From assembly GCA_963823335.1 (NCBI GenBank), contig CAWGLD010000004.1, positions 352,001 to 416,000 of the forward strand: a DNA stretch of 64,000 bases, given 5' to 3'. Below the pieces are notes generated by a model. It was not told the DNA's origin, did not search any database, and saw nothing but the letters and a program-made list of their open reading frames with translations. This stretch comes from an uncultured delta proteobacterium. Its GTDB lineage: Bacteria > Desulfobacterota > Desulfobacteria > Desulfobacterales > B30-G6. Shown piece after piece: positions 44,601 through 54,225 of this stretch. The translations under genes and the position numbers were made by a program. The number at the start of each line of letters is the position of its first letter. The first letter of the stretch is position 1.

Positions 44601-46692
44601 TGCTGTCGGAAAAAAAATCGGTCCAATTTCCAAGGAGTACACCTGGAAAGACGCTGTGCTGTATGCCCTTGGCGTTGGCGCCGGATTTTCCGACCTGGAA
44701 TACTGTTATGAAAAGGATCTTAAGGTTATACCCAGTTTTGCGATCACCACTCTCTACGAAACCATGCCCCAGGCCCTGTCCCTCACTAACGTGAATCTTG
44801 CAGGTATTCTGCATGGTGAACAGGAACTGATCTTTCACAACCCAATCCCACCTAACGGCACAATGACCATCGAAGGATCCATCGCCAACGTCTATGACAA
44901 GGGTAAAGAAAAAGGCGCCCTGGTTATTGCCGAAAGCGAAGCCAGTCACTCCACCGGTATCAAACTCTTCACAGCCAGAAGTACCCTTTTCTCACGCTTA
45001 GACGGCGGATTCGGCGGCGAAAACCCGCCCTCGGAGACCATCGAATTCCCGGATCGTGATCCCGATTTCAGCGTCGATGCGTCACCTTCTGATAATCAGC
45101 CACTGATATACCGGTTGTCCGGAGATGTTTTTCAACTGCATGTGGATCCGGAATTTGCCCGCATGGCGGGATTCGAAAAACCGATCATGCACGGCCTGTG
45201 TACCCATGGCTATGCCTGCAGGGCTTTGATACAGGCCCTTATTCCGGGCCAGCCCGAAAATGCCAGACGCATGACCTGCCGTTTTACCAAACCGTTATAC
45301 CCGGGCATGCCCTTGAAAACCCTGATCTGGAAAACCGAAAAAGGCAAGGCGATATGGCGTGTGCAGAACATGGAAACGGGTGACATCGTGATTGACCGGG
45401 GTGTGTTTGAATACGGAGACATTCCCAAGAATGAAATTCGATTCGACGGCCGTGTGGCGGTTGTTACCGGTGCCGGGGCAGGACTTGGCCGCGTCTATGC
45501 CCTCGAATTGGCCAAACGGGGTGCCAAGATCGTCGTCAACGATCTGGGCGGTGCCCGGGACGGCTCCGGTGAAGGTTCTGCAACACCAGCCGACCAGGTT
45601 GTGTCGGAAATCAAAGCCCTGGGAGGAGAGGCCGTAGCGAATTACGATAACGTCGCCACGCCTGCAGGCGGCCAGAATATTATCAATAGTGCCCTTAATA
45701 CGTTTGGAACCGTGGATATTCTCATCAACAACGCCGGCATCCTGCGTGACAAGAGTTTTTTGAAGATGGAGCCCGAAAACTGGCAGTCCGTGCTGGATGT
45801 CCATTTAAACGGGGCTTATCATGTCACCCGACCGGCCTTTGCCGTCATGAAGGAGAAAGGGTACGGCCGAATCGTGATGACCACTTCGGCCGCTGGTCTC
45901 TATGGCAATTTCGGTCAGTCAAACTATACTGCAGCCAAGATGGCGCTCATCGGTCTCATGAACACCCTCAAACTTGAAGGTCAGAAATACAACGTCAAGG
46001 TCAACACCGTCGCACCCGTGGCGGCCTCGCGTCTGACGGAGGATGTCTTGCCCCCCGAATTTTTCGAAAAATTGAAACCCGAGTTCGTGGCGCCCATGGT
46101 CCTGTATCTTAGCTCAGAGGAATGCCCGGTCACCGGTAATATCTACAATGCGGGTATGGGATGTTACAACCGCGCCGCCATTGTCACCGGTGCCGGTGCC
46201 GTGATCGGAAAAGGCCAGGAGATCCCCACACCGGAACAGGTGGTTGCTTCCTGGAAAGATATCGCCTCCCTGAAGAATGCCAAAGAATACACCCAGCTCA
46301 ATGAACAGATCGGCGACCTTCTGGCAGCTTTTGCACCTCAAAAAGCCAAAGCGGCAGGACCTGCTGCGGCTGCCGGATCTGTGGCGGGTATTTTCACTGC
46401 CATGACAGACACCTTCAACACCGATGCAGCCGAGGGTGTCGATGTCATCTTTCAGTTCTGTATATCAGGAAAAGGGGGCGGGAACTGGTCCTGCACCATC
46501 AAAGACAAGACCTGTACAATCCATACCGGGATCAACGACCAGGCGGTGTGCACGCTCAAAATGGCCGACACTGATTTTTTGGACATGATGACCGGTAAGC
46601 TCCCAGCCATGCAGGCCTACACATCCGGGAAGCTGCAGATCGAAGGCGACATCATGAAATCTCAGCTTATTGAAAAACTGTTCAAAATCTAA
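44584..46692 (+). CDS. MaoC double-hotdog (R)-hydratase + SDR dehydrogenase + SCP2 fusion (permuted MFE-2-like)
   Basis: LYALGVG, LHGEQ, YRLSGDVFQLHVDP, PIMHGLC; TGAGAGLG, NNAGILRD, NYTAAK; SCP2 ending AYTSGKLQIEGD; GGAGGAG RBS before ATG 44584. Confidence 0.9.
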   Translation: MALNLDAVGKKIGPISKEYTWKDAVLYALGVGAGFSDLEYCYEKDLKVIPSFAITTLYETMPQALSLTNVNLAGILHGEQELIFHNPIPPNGTMTIEGSIANVYDKGKEKGALVIAESEASHSTGIKLFTARSTLFSRLDGGFGGENPPSETIEFPDRDPDFSVDASPSDNQPLIYRLSGDVFQLHVDPEFARMAGFEKPIMHGLCTHGYACRALIQALIPGQPENARRMTCRFTKPLYPGMPLKTLIWKTEKGKAIWRVQNMETGDIVIDRGVFEYGDIPKNEIRFDGRVAVVTGAGAGLGRVYALELAKRGAKIVVNDLGGARDGSGEGSATPADQVVSEIKALGGEAVANYDNVATPAGGQNIINSALNTFGTVDILINNAGILRDKSFLKMEPENWQSVLDVHLNGAYHVTRPAFAVMKEKGYGRIVMTTSAAGLYGNFGQSNYTAAKMALIGLMNTLKLEGQKYNVKVNTVAPVAASRLTEDVLPPEFFEKLKPEFVAPMVLYLSSEECPVTGNIYNAGMGCYNRAAIVTGAGAVIGKGQEIPTPEQVVASWKDIASLKNAKEYTQLNEQIGDLLAAFAPQKAKAAGPAAAAGSVAGIFTAMTDTFNTDAAEGVDVIFQFCISGKGGGNWSCTIKDKTCTIHTGINDQAVCTLKMADTDFLDMMTGKLPAMQAYTSGKLQIEGDIMKSQLIEKLFKI

Positions 46693-46730
46693 ATTCGCCT
46701 GGCGAATTTAGATGACGCAGCTTCGCTGCT
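46690..46730 (+). repeat. Stop-codon-anchored double-hairpin element (family D)
   Basis: TAAATTCGC-ctg-GCGAATTTA followed by GCAGC-ttc-GCTGC. Confidence 0.7.
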
Positions 46731-46860
46731 TTTATTTCGCATTGGTTTCATTAAACGATCATTTTAAAAACATTAACCTTCAGTGGATAAAATCGCTGAA
46801 ATAGAATCGCGAAGCGACTGTATCGATCGAAGCACGCAGCGATTCGATTAGGAGAAGAAA

Positions 46861-49590
46861 ATGATTGGTATCACTTCATATGGCGCATACATACCACGTC
46901 TGAGACTGGACAGAATGTCCATTTTTCAGGGCATGGGCTGGTTTGCACCTGCTATTATGATGGTCGCTCAGGGAGAACGGTCCATGTGTAACTGGGATGA
47001 AGACACCCTTACAATGGCGGTTGCGGCTTCAAGAGACTGCCTCAAGGGCATGGACAAACACGCCTTGGACGGGCTGTATCTGGCATCCACGACCCTGCCC
47101 TTTGCTGATCGGCAGAACGCCGGTATCGTATCGGCCGCGTTGAATCTGGGTAGCAATCTGATCACATCTGATTTTGCAGCTTCTCAAAAAGCCGGCAGCA
47201 CGGCACTGATCACGGCCCTAGAATCTGTAAAAAGCGGAGACCGGAAAAGTATCCTGGTGGCGGCATCTGACAGTCGTGAAACTAGAACCGCTTACTTTTA
47301 TGAGATGTGGTTCGGTGATGGTGCGGCCGCCTTTACCGTGGGAGACAGCGATGTCATCGCAGCTTACAAGGGATCTTTTTCCGTGTCACATGATTTTGTC
47401 GATCACTACAGGGGAGCCCGTAACCAGTTCGACTACATGTGGGAAGAACGCTGGACCCGGGATGCCGGTTACGGAAAAATCATCCCGGAAGCCGTGAACG
47501 GTCTCCTGCAAAAACTCGGCATGACCATGGAACAGGTGGACAAACTGGTCTATCCATGCTTTTTCAAAGGCGATCATCGCAAAATTGCCCAGAATCTGGG
47601 GGCTTCACCGGATAAACTGGTGGACAATCTCCACGAAGTCTGTGGCGAAACCGGCACGGCTCACCCCTTCTTGATGATGACCGCAGCCCTGGAATCATCC
47701 AAACCCGGGGACCATATCCTCATGGCAGGATTTGGTCAGGGCTGCAACGCACTCATGTTCGAGGTAACCGAGCAGATCACCAAACTGGCACCCCGCAACG
47801 GGTTTGACGGCACCCTCAACAACAAAAAGACCCTTCACAATTACCAGAAATGGCTGAAATTCAGAAACCTGATTCAGACGGAGATGGGTATCCGTGCGGA
47901 AGCCCCCACCCAGACAGCCACCACCGTACTATGGCGTAAAAACAAGATGATTCTCGGGTTGGTGGGTGGCAAATGCGAAGCCTGCGGCACGCCCCAGTTT
48001 CCCAAAGCGGATATCTGCGTGAATCCGGACTGCGGTGCGGTCCACAGCCAGGTTGACTACGAATTTGCCGACGAGCCCGCCAAAGTGAAAACATTCACCG
48101 GTGACCTGTTAGCGGTGTCGGTGGATCCACCTGCCATTTACGGCATGGTTCAATTCGATGTGGGCGGCCGGATGATGGCGGACTACACGGACTGTACTCT
48201 GGATGAGATCAGGGTCGGCCTCCCGGTAAGCATGGAATTCAAACGCAAGGGTGTGGACAAGGATCGCGGTTTTAGCAATTATTTCTGGAAAGCGGTGCCT
48301 CTCCCCGGTGCGAATGTCCAAGAGGATCAGATATCGTTCGACGGCAGGGTGGCCATCGTGACCGGCGCGGGCGCAGGCCTGGGACGTGTATATGCACTGG
48401 CGCTCGCCAAGCGGGGAGCCAAAGTGGTGGTCAACGACCTGGGAGGTGCCAGGGACGGTTCCGGGGGCGGTTCTGCATCCCCTGCAGAAAAGGTAGTTGC
48501 CGAAATCAAGGCGTCTGGTGGAGAGGCTGTGGCCAATTATGACAATGTGGCCACGCCTGAGGGCGGTGAAAATATTGTCAGGACCGCTCTCGACACCTTC
48601 GGTGCGGTGGATATTCTGATCAACAATGCAGGAATCCTGAGAGATAAAAGCTTTCTGAAGATGGAGCCTGATAACTGGCAGGCGGTTCTATCCGTACACC
48701 TGCACGGGGCCTACCACGTCACCCGACCGGCCATGGTGGCCATGAAAGAAAAGGGCTACGGCAGGATCGTGATGACGACATCAGCCGCTGGTCTTTACGG
48801 CAATTTTGGCCAGACCAATTATTCGGCCGCCAAGATGGGTCTGGTTGGGCTGATGAACACCCTCAAACTGGAGGGGCAGAAATACGATATCAAGGTCAAC
48901 ACCATAGCGCCCATCGCGGCTTCGCGACTGACAGAGGATGTCATGCCGCCGGAACTTTTTGAAAAATCTAAACCGGAGTTTGTTTCTCCGCTGGTGATGT
49001 TCCTTGCCAGTGAAACGTGCCAGGAATCCGGCAGTATTTTCAATGTTGGCATGGGATACTTCAACCGCGCGGCCATCCACACCGGTCCCGGAGTTCAGCT
49101 GGGAGATCTGGAAAATTTGCCGACACCCGAGATGATCCGTGAAAACATGGATGCCATTGACTCACTCGAGGGGGCCACGGAAATGGCAGATGCCAATGCG
49201 GCCATATTTGCTCTGATATCACCGCCGGCCGACGCGGGAGCAGACGAACCAGCACAAGACAGCACTGGTGATCTCGATGTAGAAGCATGTTTCGCCAACA
49301 TGAAAAATACGTTCAATGCCGAGGCCGCCGAAGGTATCCATGTGGTGTTTCAATTCAGTATTTCAGGTCAAGGCGGCGGGGAATGGAGCTGTGTTATCAA
49401 TGACAAAACCTGCACCATCGATGTGGGTAGCCACGACAAACCCAATTGCACCCTTAAGATGGCAGACAATGATTTTCTCGACATGATCGCAGGAAAGCTC
49501 CCGGCCATGCAGGCTTACACCTCAGGGAAACTGCAGATTGAAGGGGATATTCTCAAGTCTCAGTTGATTGAAAAACTATTTACGATCTAG
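46861..49590 (+). CDS. HMG-CoA-synthase-like + DUF35 (Zn ribbon/OB) + SDR + SCP2 fusion
   Basis: GITSYGAYIPRLRL, DEDTLTMAV, GDGAAA; CEACGTPQFP...CVNPDC; second SDR-SCP2 module nearly identical to that of the upstream gene. Confidence 0.88.
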   Translation: MIGITSYGAYIPRLRLDRMSIFQGMGWFAPAIMMVAQGERSMCNWDEDTLTMAVAASRDCLKGMDKHALDGLYLASTTLPFADRQNAGIVSAALNLGSNLITSDFAASQKAGSTALITALESVKSGDRKSILVAASDSRETRTAYFYEMWFGDGAAAFTVGDSDVIAAYKGSFSVSHDFVDHYRGARNQFDYMWEERWTRDAGYGKIIPEAVNGLLQKLGMTMEQVDKLVYPCFFKGDHRKIAQNLGASPDKLVDNLHEVCGETGTAHPFLMMTAALESSKPGDHILMAGFGQGCNALMFEVTEQITKLAPRNGFDGTLNNKKTLHNYQKWLKFRNLIQTEMGIRAEAPTQTATTVLWRKNKMILGLVGGKCEACGTPQFPKADICVNPDCGAVHSQVDYEFADEPAKVKTFTGDLLAVSVDPPAIYGMVQFDVGGRMMADYTDCTLDEIRVGLPVSMEFKRKGVDKDRGFSNYFWKAVPLPGANVQEDQISFDGRVAIVTGAGAGLGRVYALALAKRGAKVVVNDLGGARDGSGGGSASPAEKVVAEIKASGGEAVANYDNVATPEGGENIVRTALDTFGAVDILINNAGILRDKSFLKMEPDNWQAVLSVHLHGAYHVTRPAMVAMKEKGYGRIVMTTSAAGLYGNFGQTNYSAAKMGLVGLMNTLKLEGQKYDIKVNTIAPIAASRLTEDVMPPELFEKSKPEFVSPLVMFLASETCQESGSIFNVGMGYFNRAAIHTGPGVQLGDLENLPTPEMIRENMDAIDSLEGATEMADANAAIFALISPPADAGADEPAQDSTGDLDVEACFANMKNTFNAEAAEGIHVVFQFSISGQGGGEWSCVINDKTCTIDVGSHDKPNCTLKMADNDFLDMIAGKLPAMQAYTSGKLQIEGDILKSQLIEKLFTI

Positions 49591-49626
49591 ATTCTCACAG
49601 TGAATTTAGATTAATGGAGGAATACC

Positions 49627-50835
49627 ATGGCCACAGGAATCAAAGATAAAGTCGCTATCATCGGTATGGGCTGCACCCGCTTCGGGGAAAGGTGGGATGT
49701 GGGTGCGGAAGAACTGATGGTGGAAGCATTCCAGGAATGCCTTGCCGATGCCGGCATTGAAAAAAATGAGATCGAGGCTGCCTGGTTCGGAAGTTGTCTG
49801 GATGAAGTCAATGTCGGCAAAAGCGCATTGCCTCTGTCCCTGACACTGAGATTGCCCATGATACCCGTAACACGGGTCGAAAACTTTTGTGCAACAGGTA
49901 CCGAAGCATTTCGAGGGGCTTGCTATGCGGTTGCATCGGGCGCTTACGACATCTGCCTGGCTCTGGGTGCCGAAAAGTTAAAGGATACAGGCTACGGGGG
50001 ACTGCCCAGCTTTACCGGATCCAATGCCGGGACGCTTACCTGGCAGTGGTTCCCAAATTTGACGGCACCGGGTGCATTTGCGCAACTCGCCAGTGCCTAT
50101 GCCGCCAAATACAAGGTCAAAGATCAGGATCTGAAACGTGCCATGGCGCATGTGTCGGCCAAAAGCCATGCCAACGGGGCACTCAATCCAAAAGCTCACC
50201 TGAGAAAGGCGGTAACGGAAGATCAAATAATGGCATCTCCCATTATTGCACATCCACTGGGTCTCTTTGACTGCTGCGGGGTCAGCGATGGGGCCGCCTG
50301 CGCCATCGTGACAACGCCGGAAATCGCCAGAAAGATGGGCAAGAAAGATTTCATCACCGTCAAAGCACTTCAGCTGGCCCTGAGCAGTGGCGAAGAACTC
50401 GGTTACAACAGCTGGGATGGCGATCATTTCATGACCACCAGCAAATGCAGCACAAAAGCATATCAGGAAGCGGGAATCGACAATCCCCGTGAAGACATCA
50501 GCATGATGGAAGTTCACGACTGTTTCTCGATTACGGAACTGGTCACCTATGAAGACCTCCATATCTCCGAGAGGGGAAAGGCAGTCACGGACGCCATGGA
50601 CGGATTCTACGACATGGACGGCCAGGTTCCCTGCCAGGTGGACGGTGGTCTCAAGTGTTTCGGCCACCCCATCGGTGCTTCCGGGCTGCGTATGCTCTAC
50701 GAAATGTATCTTCAGCTGCACGGACGGGCGGAGGAACGACAGCTCGAAAACCCGAAATTCGGTTTGACCCACAATCTGGGTGGATTTCCCGCCATGAATG
50801 TGTGTAGTATATCGATTATAGGTAAAAACTCCTGA
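49627..50835 (+). CDS. SCP-x-type thiolase (acetyl-CoA acetyltransferase)
   Basis: VENFCATG, DCCGVSDGAA, EVHDCF, GHPIGASG, THNLGG. Confidence 0.92.
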   Translation: MATGIKDKVAIIGMGCTRFGERWDVGAEELMVEAFQECLADAGIEKNEIEAAWFGSCLDEVNVGKSALPLSLTLRLPMIPVTRVENFCATGTEAFRGACYAVASGAYDICLALGAEKLKDTGYGGLPSFTGSNAGTLTWQWFPNLTAPGAFAQLASAYAAKYKVKDQDLKRAMAHVSAKSHANGALNPKAHLRKAVTEDQIMASPIIAHPLGLFDCCGVSDGAACAIVTTPEIARKMGKKDFITVKALQLALSSGEELGYNSWDGDHFMTTSKCSTKAYQEAGIDNPREDISMMEVHDCFSITELVTYEDLHISERGKAVTDAMDGFYDMDGQVPCQVDGGLKCFGHPIGASGLRMLYEMYLQLHGRAEERQLENPKFGLTHNLGGFPAMNVCSISIIGKNS

Positions 50836-50855
50836 TGCAAAGATAAAAAGGGCTT

Positions 50856-51000
50856 GTCATTTGCTCCGCGTCATTAATTGTCATTTACTTCGTGTCATTG
50901 ATCGTAGCAAAAAGCTATCAGCTTTAAGCAACAATAAATGACATCCGAAGGATAAATTACGCCCGAAGGGCATAATGACGCGCGTAGCGCAAATGACAGC
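50856..51000. repeat. Mini-hairpin array element, opposite orientation to the 16980 copy
   Basis: Left arm is the reverse complement of 17172-17216 with few mismatches; right arm AAATGAC with ATCCgaaGGAT, GCCCgaaGGGC, GCGCgtaGCGC. Confidence 0.85.
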
Positions 51001-51054
51001 TGGTAAGATAGATATAATCCTCGGGCCTTTTTCTCCGATCAAACAGGAAAAGAT

Positions 51055-52197
51055 ATGGACATATTAAACTATACCGACGCACACAAGAAATTCCGGGAGC
51101 GACTGAGGTCATTCATGGCCGAGGAAGTGACACCAAACGTCGACCAATGGGAAAAGGACGGTATCGAGCCCAAGAGCATCTGGCGCAAAATGGGACAAAA
51201 TGGTTTTCTGTGCACGGATGTTCCCCAGGAATATAAGGGTATGGGTGGCGATTTTCTCTATTCCGTCATCGTTACGGAAGAGCTCTCCCACACATTTCAT
51301 ACCGGTCTGGCGGCTGTACTCCACTCCGATATCGTGGTGCCGTACATCTGTGCGTTCGGGTCGGAACCCCTCAAGCAGAAGTATCTCCCCGGCTGCGTTT
51401 CAGGCGATATCATCACCGCCATCGCCATGACGGAACCCGGTGCCGGCAGTGATCTTGCGAGCATCGCCACCACCGCCGAAGAGGAAGGTGACGAGGTCAT
51501 TATCAACGGCTCCAAAACATTTATCTCCAACGGTATCAACGGGGAGCTTTTTATTATCGCGGCCAGAGATCCAGCGATGGAAAATCCATACCAGGCCATA
51601 TCCCTGTATCTTGTTGAAGATGGAACACCGGGCTTTGAAAGGGGTCGTCATCTTGAAAAGATGGGCTGGTGGAGCCAGGATACAGCGGAGCTCTTTTTCT
51701 CCAAGTGCAGGATCCCCGCGACCAACCGTCTGGGAGAAAAGGGTATGGGATTTCTCATGCTCATGCAGAAACTGCAGCAGGAACGTCTCATGTGCGCACT
51801 GGGAGCACTCGTTGCCGCGGAACGGATGGTCGAGTGGATTACCAACTACTGCAAGCAGACAAAGGTATTTGGCAAACCCCTCTCAAAATCCCAGGTAACC
51901 CAGTTTGCCCTGGTAGAGATGGCCACAGATATCAAACTGGGACGGGCATTTACAGAAAAGCTGGTTGCGGATCACATGGAACGCAAAGACATCATCGTCG
52001 AAACATCCATGGCCAAATTCTGGACCACCGAAATGGCCAACCGGATAGCGGACCGCAGTATCGACCTTTGCGGGGATTTCGGTGCCCTTGAAAAATGCCC
52101 CATGGCCCGGGCCTGGCGCGACATTCGTGTAACAAGAATTTTCGCCGGCACCAACGAGGTCATGCGGGGGATAGCGGCCAAGTTTATGGGGCTGTAG
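51055..52197 (+). CDS. Acyl-CoA dehydrogenase (long-chain type)
   Basis: AMTEPGAGSDL, NGSKTFISNG, QDTAELFF, LQQERL, RIFAGTNEVM. Confidence 0.93.
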   Translation: MDILNYTDAHKKFRERLRSFMAEEVTPNVDQWEKDGIEPKSIWRKMGQNGFLCTDVPQEYKGMGGDFLYSVIVTEELSHTFHTGLAAVLHSDIVVPYICAFGSEPLKQKYLPGCVSGDIITAIAMTEPGAGSDLASIATTAEEEGDEVIINGSKTFISNGINGELFIIAARDPAMENPYQAISLYLVEDGTPGFERGRHLEKMGWWSQDTAELFFSKCRIPATNRLGEKGMGFLMLMQKLQQERLMCALGALVAAERMVEWITNYCKQTKVFGKPLSKSQVTQFALVEMATDIKLGRAFTEKLVADHMERKDIIVETSMAKFWTTEMANRIADRSIDLCGDFGALEKCPMARAWRDIRVTRIFAGTNEVMRGIAAKFMGL

Positions 52198-52230
52198 CAG
52201 AGGTGTGGAGGGTTGGAGGGAAACAACCAG

Positions 52231-52395
52231 GTCATTAGCAGAGTGAATGACGCTGCGCTGTCTTTCACTCTGCGTCATTAGTTGCCATTTACTTCGTGTC
52301 ATTCATTGTGGCTGTCAGCTACCGGCTACAATGAATGACGCGCGAAGCGCAAATGTCGTCCGATAGGAAAAATGACGCACATCGTGCAAATGACA
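52231..52395. repeat. Mini-hairpin array element
   Basis: AATGAC units with GCGCgaaGCGC, GTCCgataGGA, GCACatcGTGC. Confidence 0.8.
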
Positions 52396-52466
52396 TGGGT
52401 ATCGAAGATTAAAGTCACCTTAATTTAGATAAAAATTCCTAACATGCCTCAGTAAGGGGGTAAAGT

Positions 52467-53975
52467 ATGAACAAATACGATGCCATCGTCATCGGGGCAG
52501 GCAATGGTGGATTGACTGCATCCACCGCGCTGGCCCAGAAGGGACTGAACGTCCTGTTGCTGGAACGGCACAATATCCCGGGCGGATGTGCCACAAGTTT
52601 TTGCCGGGGCCGCTTCGAATTCGAGATTGCCCTGCACCAGCTCAGCGGCCTGGGGACAACTGAAATACCGGGTCCTTTGCGAATGGACCTGGACAGCCTG
52701 GGTGTCATGCAGGATCTGGAATTTGTGGAAATTAGCGATCTATACAGCGTCCAGAATCCTGATGGTTTCCATATCGCTTTAAAGCCGGACAAAGAGCAGA
52801 TCCTTGATGAGCTCAAGAATGCGTTCCCTCACGAAAAGGAAGCCATCGAGGCCTTTTTTGCCCTGGTTTATAAATATGCCGGCGATATGATCGGCGCATT
52901 CATTTTCCGGGACCCTGAAGCCTCGCGTGAGAAATACCCCAACCTCTATACCTATGCTTTTAAAACCGCCCAATCCGTAATTGACGACTTTTTTACGGAC
53001 CCGCTCCTGAAAGCGGTTCTTTCTGTCTATTGGGGCTATTTGGGTGTGTCCACAGATCAGATGGCTTTTGCATACCTTGCCATGCTGCTCTTTCAGTATA
53101 TCGAATTCAAACCGTTTCATATTAAAGGTGGAAGTCAGGCCCTCTCCAACACGATATTAAACAAATTTCTATCCCACGGCGGCTCCGTTAGATTCAATTG
53201 TGGTGCCAGTCGGATCCTTACAGAGGGAGATACCGTCCAGGGAGTTGTCACCGACCGGGGTGATGTTGTGGAATCTGACTATATTGTCTCCAATGCCTCA
53301 CCCATGGTAACGTACGGCCAGTTGATCGGTGAAGAACAGATACCGGAAAATACCATCAGAGAAGTCAAAAGCCGCCAATTGAGCACTTCCGCTTTTACCA
53401 TGTTTGTGGGTTTCGACTGTGAACCAGACGAGATCGGCATCCATGAGTCTACCAACTTTCTGCTGGTGAACACGGATATGAGCATCCGCAATCATGACCG
53501 CATGCAAAGACTGGATATCGACGATGAACTCATGGTGCTCAGCTGCTATGATGTATCTGATCCGGAATTCTCTCCCGAGGGCACATGTCAGGCGAACATT
53601 GTCACCCTGAAATACGGGGAACCCTGGTTGAGACTGCCACCGCAACAATATATAGATACCAAATACCGTTGTGCAGAAAAGATGCTTCAGCGCGTTCAGG
53701 CCATATATCCAGACATTCGCGTACATATCGAAGAAATCGAAGTGGGCACCCCCCTGACCCACATGCGTTATCTGGGACATCCCCTGGGCGCCATTTATGG
53801 CTTTGAACAGCGGACCAAGGATTCTCTATTCTTTCAACCAGGACGATTTACGCCCATAAAAGGCCTTTATTTTGCTGGCTGTTGGACTGGTGACGGCGGG
53901 TTTGAACCCACACTGCGTTCCGGTATAGCCGCTGCCAGATCCATCACCAAGCAAATTGAAAATAAAATCGTTTAA
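52467..53975 (+). CDS. FAD-dependent oxidoreductase, phytoene desaturase / retinol saturase-like
   Basis: VIGAGNGGL, LERHNIPGGCATSF, IKGGSQALSN, GTPLTHMRY, GAIYG, GLYFAG. Confidence 0.88.
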   Translation: MNKYDAIVIGAGNGGLTASTALAQKGLNVLLLERHNIPGGCATSFCRGRFEFEIALHQLSGLGTTEIPGPLRMDLDSLGVMQDLEFVEISDLYSVQNPDGFHIALKPDKEQILDELKNAFPHEKEAIEAFFALVYKYAGDMIGAFIFRDPEASREKYPNLYTYAFKTAQSVIDDFFTDPLLKAVLSVYWGYLGVSTDQMAFAYLAMLLFQYIEFKPFHIKGGSQALSNTILNKFLSHGGSVRFNCGASRILTEGDTVQGVVTDRGDVVESDYIVSNASPMVTYGQLIGEEQIPENTIREVKSRQLSTSAFTMFVGFDCEPDEIGIHESTNFLLVNTDMSIRNHDRMQRLDIDDELMVLSCYDVSDPEFSPEGTCQANIVTLKYGEPWLRLPPQQYIDTKYRCAEKMLQRVQAIYPDIRVHIEEIEVGTPLTHMRYLGHPLGAIYGFEQRTKDSLFFQPGRFTPIKGLYFAGCWTGDGGFEPTLRSGIAAARSITKQIENKIV

Positions 53976-54037
53976 CACCTTTGCTGAGTCCTTTAAGTGT
54001 AAAACTGACGTATGCCTTTTTTAAAAAATATAAAACC

Positions 54038-54210
54038 CACGAAACACGAAATTTGAAAAACACGAAATTTTTAAGACCCTTGCAGCAGGCTGCGGGGAAT
54101 CTCCGACCGTAAGAAATTCATTCTATTTTGGATTTTCGGTTCATGGTCTTTTTCGTGTTTTCGACCTTTCGTGATTTCGTGATAAAAGATCCTTTCCGGT
54201 ATATCCGGTT
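54038..54210. repeat. CACGAAA inverted-array element with nested family E palindrome
   Basis: Arms CACGAAACACGAAA and TTTCGTGTTTTCGACCTTTCGTGATTTCGTGATA; CCCTTGCAGCAGGCTGCGGGGAAT between them. Confidence 0.7.
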
Positions 54211-54225
54211 TGCGAGGAGGTAATC

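Noticed and set aside
46861-50835. Mevalonate pathway or DAPG (phl) biosynthesis
   Set aside because: The HMGCS-like domain lacks the catalytic Cys, there is no HMG-CoA reductase or PhlD, and the context is beta-oxidation.
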